In this document: positions 51,046 to 64,000 of the stretch, one piece after another
Layout: each line of letters begins with the position of its first letter
How positions within the stretch are numbered: the first letter of the stretch is position 1
The notes under the pieces: generated by a model
What the model saw: only the letters and a program-made list of their open reading frames with translations
What the model was told of the DNA's origin: nothing
Database searches by the model: none
Origin: Eledone cirrhosa
Lineage: Eukaryota
DNA: 64,000 nucleotides
Direction: 5' to 3'
Assembly: GCA_964016885.1 (NCBI GenBank)
Contig: OZ024740.1
Coordinates: forward strand, 58,404,001 to 58,468,000
Translations under genes and position numbers: made by a program

Positions 51046-54000
51046 ACAGTTGCATTTATCTTGCTTTATGTTCATACGAGTTATCACAAAGTCACAACCA
51101 GTGACCTCAAGAGACAACAAGGTCCGCCATGTTCAAGGAAGAACATACATACTCCCACATGCATCTTTAGTGTTTAGACTTGTGATGTACTTATATTGAC
51201 AGAATCTTCCTTAGTATATGGGTAGTTCCCATTAGTACTATCTTTTGTATTTCTCCTATACGCGGGTTTCCTGGAATCTGCGATAAGTAATCATTAGACC
51301 CCTTAGGTATCATTCCCAGAGCGCCTACAACCACTGGTATTGTTTTAGTTCTCAATTTCCACATTTTTCCAATTTCTATCTCCAGGTCCTTATACTTGCT
51401 CAATTTTTCTAATGTTTTTATAGATACATTCTTGTCTATTGGAACAGACATATCAATTAGCAGGCATACCCTCTTTTTAAAGTCCTTCAATATTATATCA
51501 GGTCTATTTGCATCTATTTTTCGGTCTGTTTGGATGCTAAAGTTCCACAAGATTGAGATGTGATCTTTTTCAAGTATGGGAGGTGGTTGATGCTCCCACC
51601 AATTCTTTTGATGGGGCAGGTCAAAATGCTTACACATTATCCAATGTATGTATTGTGCTGTCATGCCTGTTTAGGTATTCGGTTGGAGCTATAGGACTGC
51701 ACATTGAAATTATATGGTCAATGGTCTCTGGTTGTTTTTTGCATACACGGCATAATGGGCTGCATCCATTTTTTATTATGTTGGCTTGGTAATTTTTTGT
51801 TGGCAGACACTGATCTTGTGCTGATATAATCAGTCCTTCAGTCTCCGATTTCAGTCCAGAGGATGCCAACCACTGATGGGTTAAAGTTTTGTCAACATCA
51901 GGATTGTTAGCTCGCTCTGGGTATTTTCCATACAGAGGCTTTTCTTGCCATTTCTTAGCCAGTTTCTGTAGCAGTTCTTTCTTTGCAGTTACTTTTACCT
52001 GCTTTGCTTTTTCTGTGTTTTCCATTTCAGCAGTAAATGGGACTTCTGAAATTTGTAGTCCATTACTGTATCTTTGTGCATCTTTTGTAATGGAATATGA
52101 TCTTTTGATGCTTTCGTGTTTCAAAACGAGTTTGATCATCCAATCATGTGATTCCCTTAGATATGTAGATAATCCAATTGTTGCAGTTTTCAACGCAATG
52201 TCTAACTGGATTAACCCACGTCCTCCTTCTTTCCTAGGGAGATATATTCTATCTATATCTGCCTTAGGGTGATGCATTCTGTGCATGGTTAAGAGTTTTT
52301 GAATTTTTGTATCGAGCCTACGGATCTCTGTGCTTGACCAGTTGATGACATTGTAACTGTAGGTTACTACTGGTATGGCAAGCGGTGTTTATGGCATCGA
52401 TCCTATTCCTTGCATTCAATTCCGTTCTTAAGATTGCTCTTACTCTGCAGTAACATTCCTTCCTTATCCTTTCCCTCATTGTCGAGTGCTTGATTCCATC
52501 TCCTTCACAAACACCTAGATATTTGTAAGTTTTTTCTTGATCAAGTTCTCTTATCACGTTCCCCCGATCAAGATTAATGTCTGAACTCTTCAGCAGCTTT
52601 CCTCTGGTGAACGTTGCTTTGGCGCATTTATCTAGTCCAAACTCCATTTTAATGTCATCACTGAACTGCTCCACAGTGGATAATAGCCCTTGCAATTGTT
52701 CATCATTTTTTGCAAATAGTTTCAGGTCATCCATGTAGAACAGGTGATTAATGGTTTTGTCATAGACTTTATATCCATGTTTTGTTTCATTGAGCATTTT
52801 ACTTAATGGTATAAGTGCGATGCAGAATAAAAGCGGTGATAAAGAGTCACCCTGAAAAATTCCACAATTAATATTAACTTCTCCAGCTTCCAGTGATTTT
52901 GTTTCACTATTCAAAAGGAGTGTCGTTTTCCATGTCTTCATACTGAATGACAAAAACTTCCTGACAACGGGGGATATTTTGAAAATCTCTAAACATTTTT
53001 CAATCCAACTGTGTGGCAAACTATCAAATGCTTTTTTATAATCTATCCAAGCAATCGATAGATTTTTGTGTCTATTATGACAATCTTCCAGTATCATTTT
53101 GTTAACCAGAAGCTGATCCTTACAGCCATATGAGCCTCGTTTACACCCTTTCTGCTCAATGGGAAATAGGTCATTTGTTATCAGGTGGTCATATGTGTAT
53201 TCAGTTAGGACTGATGTTAAAATTTTATACATTGTGGTCAAGCAAGTTATCGGTCTGTAATTTTGGGGATTGTTTGTCTCATCATTCTTCGGAAGCAGGA
53301 ATGTAATGCCGTTAACTAGCCATGATGGTATCTTTTCTGGCTCCTTAACTATTTCATTGTAAATTTGGGCTAACAGCTCATGAGACTCTGTGAAGGCATT
53401 TATCCAAAAGTTTTGTATTTTGTCTTTTCCTGGGGATTTCCATTTGCTGGTTTTTCTTAGGGCCAAGCGCAACTGTTCAACTGTTATATTTTCCCATATT
53501 TGTTCCTCAAGGTGAGCTGTATCTTTCATTTGTCTGTCTATCCATGGGGCATGTATGTTATGAACTTTTTCTTCGGCCCATATCTTTTCCCAGAATTCTT
53601 GCACTTCCTCCTTGGGTGGTATTGATTTAGCAGTTATTGTTGACTTACCAATTTTTCTGTAGAAGTTTCTTTGGTTGTTTTTGAACATATTATTTTCCTT
53701 ATAGAATCTAGATCGTTTTTCAAAGCGCCTTATATGAGCAGCTTTGGCCGACACTTTTTGCTTGATTATTTCTATCAGCATGTCTATGTCACATGTTGAT
53801 TTTATACTGTACTTTTTTTTCAATTTTCTAAGTTTAGTTTGTTTAACATGTTCACCTACTTTATAGTTTGTTAAAATTTCTATGTCAGATCGGAGAAGGT
53901 TTATTTGGCGATTGATTTTCTCTTGCCAAGTAGATTTCTTGTGGAAATTCCTTTGTTTTTTCATCTTCACTCCACATAAGTGAGTGGTGACTTTAGCCGA

Positions 54001-54880
54001 TGCATAATAGAGATGATTTAAATCAGTAATGTTTAGTTTGTTTGTGATGATAATGTTTTTGAGAATTATGTTAGTCTTGTGTATTATCTTTTGGTTCTGT
54101 TTGGAGTTCTGGATCTTAGGGAGGGTGTCTCGTTGCCCATGTCAGATTCTTTCATTTTCATCCATTCGATCATAATTTCATCCTTCAAGTTGGCAAGTTC
54201 ATTCTCATTCATTTCTTTATCATTTACGATCTCATTATTTTCATTTGGAGTTTCATCCTGAGCATGCACTCCCTCCACTTTTTCGATCCTTTCTTTAATT
54301 TGTTCTGTTGCCAGTGATTCCGCCCCAACCCTGGGGTTCGAAGTGTTACAGTTTACCTCGTTTTCACTGACACATGTTTCATTTTCCCTTCGCTGACTTT
54401 GTGCTAATAGCTTGATCTGATCAATTTCTATATCAGTTAGTAACTTTTTTCTTACAATATTTCTTCGTATATTGGCTAGTTTGTTACTGTCAATATAGCC
54501 TCTGTTTTCGGGATGTTTCTTTTTCCAGTTGATATATGTCTTCTGTTCTGTATTCGATGTATTTGATGGGTAGTACATGGCAGTGTAGAAAGCCTCAAGG
54601 ACTTCTTTATTATCTTCCCTTGACCATTTTTCTCTCTTTTTCTTTGGATTTCTTGGTGGTGAGCATGGAGGGCCAACAGTAGGAGTATTCCGGTTATGGG
54701 AGGTCTCCAGCTCCGAAGTGATGGGAAGGTTTGAACCATTAGCTGATTTTTCGACCCCAGTCTGGTTCCTCTCTGAGGGACGCGGCCCTTTTTTACCCAG
54801 GTGACGGTCGATCCGGTATGAGATTTTATCATTAGACATTTACTTTATTTTGTCGCGTTTTATCCTTATCCGCCAAGGGG
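51046..54880 (-). mobile_element. R4/Dong-clade non-LTR retrotransposon (RT + CCHC + restriction-like endonuclease), apparently full length, frameshifted, inserted in (TAA)n
   Basis: ORF pieces 54084..54839, 52318..53970 (KSPGKD, NYRPITCL, IDYKKAFDS, GIFQGDSLSP, YMDD, YKYLG), 51630..52286 (CRVC..ETIDHIISMC) and 51191..51664 (RPDII..LIDMSVP..EKLSKY). (ATT)n on both flanks. Confidence 0.93.
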
Positions 54881-54882
54881 TA

Positions 54883-54943
<61 letters not shown>

Positions 54944-57377
54944 GTAGTAGTAGTAGTAGTAGTAGTATATTTATAACAGGCTTCATCATCAAATTTCACA
55001 TATTGGTTTAAAGTAGCTACACAGTGGGATCAAATCTGGAATCATGTTGTGAATTGATCTTGGGTTAGTCTATATTCAGTTTATTTGTGATAGTGTTGAT
55101 AGTTTATATTTTTAGCTTTAAACTTAGATTTGAATACTTTACTATATAGTACTATTGTGCTTTGGCAGTCAATTTGAACTATTATCTCAGATGTTTGGTT
55201 TTTCTGGTCCCATTAAACATTTCTACAGACAAATTTTTCCTTTTCTGGATTTGAATTCAGAATGTATAGAACCAAAACAAATATTGCAAAGCCTCCCATC
55301 TGATGCTTTACTAATTCTACCAATCCCAAAACTCTGGAATGGTACTTTATTTATCAACCCCAAAATGATGAAAGTGGGATTTGAACTCTAAGTACAGAAA
55401 TGTAGAACAAATACTGCAAAGCATTTAGTCTGATGCTCTAATGACTCAGCATTTGCCATCAATTTTCCTAATGTTTAAAGGGAAAAGTAGATGAATCTTA
55501 ATGTGCCATTAGATCAACCTTCATTCCAAGCAGCCAAATAAAAAATTATATGGTCTAATTTTACAGCAAGGTTAAACATATATGGATGTGACTCCATATA
55601 CATAATTATTCATATTCCACATTACATTGGTTGTTTAATAATATCAATTTCTAGGAAGCGAGTTTGATCCATTAAAGCTATTGTATATCAAACTAATCCA
55701 AATTATTTAGACATTTATTGTGACAGTTTTGTATTTGGTTATTATTCATGGCATCTGTTCATTTAAGTAATTGTCTATTCCTTGCCATTAACAAATTCAA
55801 TTCATAACAATTTGTTTGCTATTAATTTAATTTCTAAAAAAAAAAAAAAAAATAATAATCTATTCATAGAAAATGATCACTTAATTTTCTATGTATTCAT
55901 TTAGAAAGATGACATTGAAAACATTAATGTGTCTATGCATGAGTGTACAAAAAATATTATTAATTGAGGTATCATAAATAAATATATATAAAGTTCAAGT
56001 TGAAAAATGTAGAAATATTTACGAATATAAAACAAGTTTATATATTTACAAATATAAAACAATATAAAACATTTTATTTTGCTATTTTCTTATTTTGGGA
56101 ACATATTGTTAAATTGGGCATTCTTCTAAGAGCAATTTAATGGGACATGTTGTGTGGGGTGGTGTGTCTCTCTGTGTGTATTCATTTTCAGTTTTATAAA
56201 AGTTTCTTAAGTATTTTAATATAATCATCAGTATTGTTTCATGTCTACTTTTCATCCTAAAATAGCTTGAACAGGTTGTCATGGTCAGAGTTAGTTCTTA
56301 TTCAGGGTTACTGCCCTCCTAGATGGGTCAGAGAACTACATCTTTCTGTTATATTCAAGTTATGGCATGGTATCTATAGCTAGATGCTCTTCCTAATACC
56401 AGTGACTTTACAGTGTGTACTGGGTGCATTTTATTGTGGCACCAGCAGTCAAGAAATTGTTATGTTCTCTGCAGGTTCTCTGGATCCTATATTGTCTCCA
56501 CACATTTACCAACCACTTTCAGAGTATACAGGGTGCATTTTACCATAGTGCCAACACTAATCAAGTTACTAACTTACCTTATACTCTGCAGCCCTATTGA
56601 GTACTTTATACTCTACAATGTCTTCCTTCATTCGTTTTTAGTGAAAATTACTGAGATTTCCAGTATTTCTCTGATGATATATAACTTAAGTACAGATGCT
56701 TGTTTTAGTATTTGACATTTTCAGGCAGCCCATGTCTTTGTTTGTTTTGTATGATTCAAAGTTATTTCCATCATAAGATTTTATTTAATTTTTCAAATAT
56801 ACACAGCAAAACTCAAAAGGAAAAGAACAAAAAAATAAACAATGAGCACTCCATACCTTAAGTTAAACAGCATATCCCTGCTATGCCTACTGATAAAATT
56901 ACAAAAGTGTTGTCTCAAAGAACAGCCTGAGATATCCATTGCATTAATGATTTCCATCTAAGGTCTATTTTCTTTGCTTTTACATACAGCGCTATTATGG
57001 ATCATGCTATGTTAGTGCTACTTCTAATTAATTCTAATATGTATTTTATGCATCTAAAGGTTTCTATATTATTCACGCATACACACACAAAAGTGCACAT
57101 ACACATTTGTGTAAATATGCATCTGTATGAGATATTTGCCAGAATCTTGCCACTCTAAATTCAGAAAGTCATTATACTTTTAAAATTATATATGTATGTA
57201 AATTTACCTGTCAGTATACTTGTGCATCAAATATATGTGTACATGAAATATGTAAAATGCCCCCTCCCCTAAAAAAAATAGGTATATAACTCAAGTATGT
57301 AATATTTTGACTGATTCATGAAAAGAAATTATATTGAAAACATTTCTCATATTTTATAAATTGAGAGTTAGCATGTC

Positions 57378-57754
57378 TGTAGTATCTAGCGAGAGTACTG
57401 GGTAGTATGAATGTAACAAGGAATACATTGTTTGTGTAGATAATATTTAATTAACAATGGTAGATAGAATAGTTGACATGTCAAAGATGAGGATGATAGA
57501 ATGAAGCAAAGTTAGTAGTTACCGTTTTGATTGCCAAGCAAACGCGGCTGGCAGAGGACGCCTGGCTAAGGCCAGGCGCCTGTTGGCCAAATGAATGGCA
57601 GAGCCAAATGGGAGGCTCTTGACCTGGTGCCGAAAAGGCAATGAGAGATTGAGAGCTTAAAGTTGTTAGTTTTATAGGGTTCTGACTGGAAGTTACAGAA
57701 AGGGTTGTACTTCCCATCTGGATGTTAATCCAAACAAGGGAGACAACCGCTACA
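57378..57754 (-). mobile_element. Probable solo LTR
   Basis: TGTAG...CTACA termini, TATAAAA and ATTAAA in the expected order on the minus strand, GC-richer than flanks; no clean TSD. Confidence 0.5.
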
Positions 57755-58396
57755 GTATCATCATAATCATTTAACATTTGTTTTTTTCCTGTTAGCAAGA
57801 GATGAACAGATTGTCACAGATCAAGTCAGTACTTAATAAGAGCTACTAACTTTTCAGAGAAGACAGGGGCCTGCATCTCCCTTACATGCATTCCTGCTCT
57901 CTACAGAGTGCATGTTATTGTGGTACCAGAACTAGGAAAGTCATCATGTTTTCAACACAGCTGAAGAATCCTTCTGACCTTTTCTTTGACAGATTTTCTG
58001 TGACTAGATTCTCTCTTTTATCTCCAACGATTTTACAGAGTATTCTGGGTGCATTTATTGTCTAGATCAGCAACACCCAGGAAGTTATTGTGTCCTTGAC
58101 ATAATTGAAGAGTTCCACACTGTATAAATTCAACTCCTCTTTCCATTTCCAAGTAATTCACCTGTACTCACCTCTAAAACCTCTGATTGCATTGAATACC
58201 AGTTTTGTAGCTTGTTGAATTTTGGAGGAAACAATTATGATTGGCACACAATTTTAAACATTTCAATACCAACCTGCCCCAAACTTCTTTGGCTACTATG
58301 GAACCAAGTTACCCATTTTGAATGGTTCCTCTATAGATTAAAATCTTTAATTTTATATAAGAACCATTTGTTATGTTAGAAATACCATCTTAATAA

Positions 58397-58604
58397 TTGT
58401 TTCTACTTTTGGCACAAGGCCAGCAATTTGAAGGGGAGGGAAAATCAATTAAATCTATTCCAGTGCATTACTGGTACATTATTTTATTGACCCCTTAAGG
58501 ATGAAAGGCAAAGCTAACTTTGGCAGGATTTGAACTCAGAATGTAAAGAGCTGTAACTGTATGATGCAAAGCATGTTTTCTGGCACTTCACTAATCCACC
58601 GCCC
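58397..58604 (-). mobile_element. SINE type 3 with TACCATCTTA target-site duplication
   Basis: Homologous to 28510..28696; TSD on both sides. Confidence 0.8.
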
Positions 58605-60546
58605 TTACCATCTTAGCAACTGATATAATTTTTAGTAAATAACTCCAAATTCTACAGAGTATTTTATTAGAAATATGGTAATGAAAGGGCTAAAGAGCAT
58701 CTTTCATATGGCCACTGTTACAACACTGGATCAGTTCAACTAGTAGCTTATTACTTCAATTATCCTAGTCATACCACTTCATTGACAATCATTTGGTACT
58801 ATCAGTCAATTGCCTCCTATTTTTATTGTGAAGGGAATCTTATCTTTCATCTAGGCACAGCTCGCCCAATTGGGATTATTAATCACCTTGTTTTCCTTTA
58901 ATAACACTGCTTCATCTTCCACATCCACAACACACATACATACCAATAAATGTCCTTTTATGTACTTCATAACCCCTCTTTATCTTCACATGCATACACA
59001 CCCACACATGATTATATGCAATGAATGCATCTATTATGTTCATGCATACACCATCAAGCTTGAATCACACCATGTACACATGAATACACACTCATCCACC
59101 TATATACACTCATATACAGTACCCAACACACACTCTTTTACACCTTATCTCTTTTGACTTGATAATACCAATATCCACAGAGACACTGTTACATCTATAC
59201 ATACTAAACACTCACAAATTATCACTCTTGACTAAAAAACCTAGCTGTAAAATACAATTCTGTTCTACCCACTTACATCCTTGATATCCAATTAACATGT
59301 AGTCTTTATTGTAAAACTTCCATCAAGCTCCTTTTTCTCCGTTATATTTTATTTGCTTCTTGCTGAAGGACCATCATCTGAAACATTGAACTATCCTCAA
59401 TTTCTTCTTTACAATGTTAAATTAATTACATTATATTCAAGATTGCTTTTTTTTTCTTTTTTTTTTTCTGAAATCTTTTGTGTGTCATGTCTAGTATTTA
59501 CAAGATATATTTGAATAGATTGCAAACAAAGAAAGAGTAAAGTATTGTATTTATTGTTCATGTAAGTTCACAGGAGCAACTGATTCACAGATTATTTATA
59601 AGAACATCAAAAGTCTTTTATTTTTAAGAAAAAATAATATTTATTTCATACAATTATTTTTTCTATGCCAATACAGTATACAATTCCAATATTGAATTTA
59701 TTTAACAGCTTATCTCCTGAAAATACATTTAATACATATTGCAAATATTATTTATGTAGACATGCAATGAAACAAAACCATAACTTCAATATCGATGTTT
59801 GCTGAGTCTGTTTGTTTATTATATAATCTATATTTTTAAAAATTTATGCATTGAATTATGTTTTCTTTAACCTTTGCATCAGAAATAATTTGTTCTGAAT
59901 ATCTCATGCATCAGATGCCCCTTGAGATGCTGTCATCCAATTATTCTAGTCACCATTACATGTTTTGTTTTGTTTTGTTGAAGCTTCCTGTCATTCATCT
60001 CTCTTTCTTTCTTCTCTTCCTCTTTATCTTTTGGCTTTTTAAATTTTGTTTTCATCATTCCTTTCACTCCCTTGTTATTTTGTTGCTTTCATATGCACAC
60101 ACTCACATCATACATACCTTTGTTCATAAATACACATCTTTCCTTTGAAGAAAATTATACAGGTATATTTTACTGATAGTCACCCAATGTCAAGAAGTGT
60201 CATTTTAGACATCACATCTCTTTCATTTAGAAGTTTCTTAGAACTTACTGGTGTAGTGGGAATATATTTTTTCTTAGATACTAGTGTTTTGTTATCTTAA
60301 GTTATACAGCTGTACGATGTCTTCCCTATTAAATTACAGCTCAGCCTTCCACTATTATCTTTCATACATGCAAATACTCATATATACATATACTCATAAA
60401 ACATTTGTTAGTATTCACTAAATCATAAATGTCTCTTTTTTATGTATCTACATTTATAACCAAAATATTGTATGTTTTCCCTATCCAAGTGTTTTTCAAG
60501 TGCATTGAAAATTGATACAAAACAATGTAAGGGGGGATCGTGATGA

Positions 60547-60629
60547 CATATGGATGTTCTATTGGATACATGTTGACTACATATGGATGTTCTATTGGAT
60601 ACATGTTGACTACATATGGATGTTCTATT
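60547..60629. repeat. 33-bp tandem repeat, ~2.5 copies
   Basis: ACATATGGATGTTCTATTGGATACATGTTGACT unit. Confidence 0.9.
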
Positions 60630-62499
60630 CATAAAGAAACAATTTAGGGCATTAAATCCTTAATGCTTGTTTTAATACTAGCAGCCTTCTTTCAAATTAC
60701 TCTTCTAAAATCTGAATTGTCTACTCTCCATGAAATGTTAAATTTTCAAACTGAGTGCATCACCTTTACATATATGTGATATTTCTTCTATAGTATTATG
60801 TTTCTTTCTTTTGAAACCTCAGATTTTGTAAATTTAATTTTCTCATGTCTGAAGAAGTTATACCTTCTATGGTAATGTTCCAACCTTTCCTTAGAAAGCA
60901 GAACCCTTGCATTATTTTGAAGAGTTAGAATCTTTAATCTCTAGGCATTTTTACCTGTTTAGGTAGTAAAAAAAGAAAAAGTAAATGGCTCTTAACTCCC
61001 GATGAAGTTGACCTCAGCAGGATTTGAATGCAAAGCACCAAGAATCAGAACAAATATTGAGACATTTTTACTCTGACATCCCATATGATTGCCAGTTCAA
61101 TAATAAACCTAGACACTACACTATCAAAACATTTATACATTGGTGTTGAGTTTAACAAGTAGATTGTTAACATTATATCTGATTTTTATAGATTACATAA
61201 GAAAGTGTGACACTGACATTAGTATGTTTAAATTATATGATACTTCTCCTTCCTTCTAAGCCATAAAAGTAGTATGTATTTTATTATCATTCTGAATCAA
61301 CTTCAAAACAATTTAATTTTGACTATTTCAATCTATTCTTTTTCTATTACTCAGCTCTTTTAGATAATGAAATTTGTCATGTAGACTATACCCTTATCAA
61401 TTTATAGACTGATGTTATCTTATAGAAATGCAGTTTGAGCTCTTAAATCTGAGTGTCTTCTCTATATTAGGTAAATATTTCTAACTGGATCCATCTTTGA
61501 GTGTCACTACCTCTAATAACTTAGTTGCTCACAAATAAATGTTCAATCTAAATTTTTTTTGTGTTACCCCTCTTTATATTTGATTGCTCTATTATTTTGT
61601 TACATGTTCCAGCTGACAGGCTGATGCCATGCTGGAGAACTGTCATTGTGTAGAACATTTTAAGAGAAATTTTCAGTTATAGGTTCTTTTGTTAATATAT
61701 GAGGAATTATCATGAAAAAGCTAATACCCATTTTAGCATAATTTCTTCATTGTGTATACTATTGATTGAGACTTTCTATGTGGATAGTATATAAATTTGG
61801 TTGCTCTAAGAAATCATTTATTGATGTATAATTGCTGCATAACCAACTGAAGTTTACTAAAGAAGACATTGTTGTGTAGATTCTCTACTTTAACTGAAGA
61901 TAGTTAAAAATATTTATTTCAAAACAGAATGTTCCTCTATAGTAGATGCATTAGAAATGTATTAACAATGCTTCTAGGCTCTTGTAAAATTGCATTGGAT
62001 TAATATAAATGTACAGGATATACTTATTCTATATGCATCGTATTAATATAAGCTGCCATTATATTTTGAATAGGTCATACTTTGAAATTCGTTGTTCACA
62101 TATTTATCGCCCGTTATTCTAATTCTTTGAAATATTTCCTCATCATTATATTGAACTACAAAAAGTCAATTCTTAACATTTTTCAATGTATGGTATACTG
62201 TAATAATTTCAACTTTCAATCTTTTGAAAAGAAAAAAATCATAGAATTTCTAAAAACTATCTATATTCGTTTAATAGTTTTTCATGTATACTGAAGAAAG
62301 AAACAGAATTATGTTACAATAAGTGTTATCAAAGTATGATCAATAAGAATCAGTACCGAAACACATTTAACAAAAACAAATACTAACATACTGGCTTTGA
62401 GTCAGTGCAGACAAAATCAATTGAATAAAAGCTTACAATAAATTAATGTTTGGCATTACAAAGAGTAAAGAATTGGTATTGTATTGTGTGTATCAGCTG

Positions 62500-63220
62500 A
62501 CCCTACTTCATCCATATTGCAAACAGCATTTATAACACAAGTTTAACATTCCTTGGATTCTTTACTTTAAAGACTTTTGTAGAATATGCTAGTGAAGTTG
62601 TCTTCCTCACTCATCTTAATTCATTTGTGTTTCTGATATCTTACATCAATGAACTTACCAGCAAAGGTCAGGTCTCCCTGTAAGATGTGTATTCAAAATA
62701 TCTCAATGAAGGTTATCTCAGATCAGTCTTCCTTTTGTAGTAATTCAGAAATTATCACAGGCACAATCTTGATTTCCTCTTCTGAACAGATATTTATTTC
62801 ATTGAATTCTTTCAACATATATTACTTTAGTTCAACGTTATTCTGTAAGACAAGCCTAGAAATGTTAGCATCATTATAATCAGCAACACATTGCGGCTTT
62901 TGACATTGTTGGTGATTAATGTTAGAAAATGCTTATAGCATAGATTCATATGTTTCTTCACGCTTGCATGTCCTCTGCTAAGTGATAGATTGAAACTACT
63001 CTCTGGTAGAATTTCCTTTTTAAAATGTTCTTTTTCCTTTTCAGTCATAATTCTTCACATTCTTTCTTATTAAAAGCAACATATGTACAATCATTAACAT
63101 CAACATTTCTATCAACTCTACCGATAGGGAGCTATACCTATTCAATGTAAATACTACTAAATTTACTGTCATCATCATCTGCATATGGAAATAGCATAAA
63201 ATACCCCCATTGTTGTATAG
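62500..63220 (-). pseudogene. Possible highly decayed piggyBac-like transposase
   Basis: Only short motif resemblances in broken frames (QKPQCVADYN, LTGR, LCYKCC). Confidence 0.28.
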
Positions 63221-64000
63221 CATGGCTGTTGTAATATATCTGAGATGTCAGAGATGGGACTGTTTCCTTAGAACTTTAGGATACCAAATTCAAATCCTGT
63301 TTAAATTAATTCATATTTTGGAAAAGTTGAGACATTATGCAAAATTATTAAAATAACTTATAATGACTTAGTTGGCATTTTTATATTGTTTTCTAGTGGA
63401 TGATTAATAAAATATCAAGCTATAATACCTACTAAAAATACAGAAACCCTTAAAGACATGTCAACATAAAAAAAGTTCTAAATACTTCAATTAAAACAAC
63501 TTTGATATGAAGTTAATTGTGTATTTAGTGTTGATGTAATTATTGTATTATCATTAGTTTGAAGTTACAATGTATGGCTTTGAAATAAATATACCTTCTG
63601 TTCTTTATACCAACATATAAAATATATAAGAATGTCTTTACTTTGCTGTAAAAATTCCTGGAAATATAAGCATTTTCATATGTAATTTAAAATGTTCTAA
63701 ACAGTGTCAACAGTGTAGGTGAATACTTTTCATTTCAAAGGGTGCTAAAGTACAAAAATAGAACAAACAAAAAATCAACAAAAAAACCCAGTAAACTATT
63801 TAATTATATCCCTAAATTGAGGTGCTTCTAGAACTGACATTGCTTTTCACAATTCTGGAGGTAATAAAATAAATACCAATCATAGGGTCAATTCAATTGA
63901 TTATACCTTTCCTCTGCAAATGTTTAGTTTACTAAGAAATCAATATTTTTTTCATTTCTGATATTAAATGATGAGTCACATGTTGATATCTCCTGCATAT

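Noticed and set aside
59355-59400. Hammerhead remnant GCTGAAGGA...TCTGAAACATTG
   Set aside because: The core is too degenerate to support; at most an old PLE-end fossil.
47800-64000. Host protein-coding exons among the short ORFs
   Set aside because: No recognisable domains except transposase fossils. Small exons cannot be excluded without RNA data.

Overview
Eukaryotic, AT-rich, extremely repeat-dense genomic DNA. The SINE/LINE repertoire and (TA)n load point to an invertebrate, probably a coleoid cephalopod (inference). No host protein-coding gene is supported. Positions 1 to ~47.8 kb are a nest of young retroelements packed into (TA)n microsatellites. It holds many copies of an RTE-clade LINE with a PHD finger inserted in its RT (one near full length at ~22.25-25.86 kb), other RTE families (two with 5' inversions), tRNA-derived SINEs, a mariner fragment, and about nine Penelope-like (PLE) or PLE-style insertions, most with minimal hammerhead ribozymes and asymmetric inverted termini. 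Positions ~47.8-64 kb are older sequence with a full-length but frameshifted R4/Dong element in a (TAA)n tract, a decayed hAT transposase, a MITE, a probable solo LTR and old SINEs. The most notable observation is the PLE at 2011-6977 (minus strand). It has a separate upstream coiled-coil/basic ORF1 overlapping an ATG-less RT-GIY-YIG ORF2 in the -1 frame, with a canonical U_UUU_UUA slippery heptamer in the overlap, i.e. a candidate gag-pol-like programmed frameshift. It belongs to a set of elements that carry a U3-A8 variant hammerhead. Coordinates were read by eye and may be off by a few bases.
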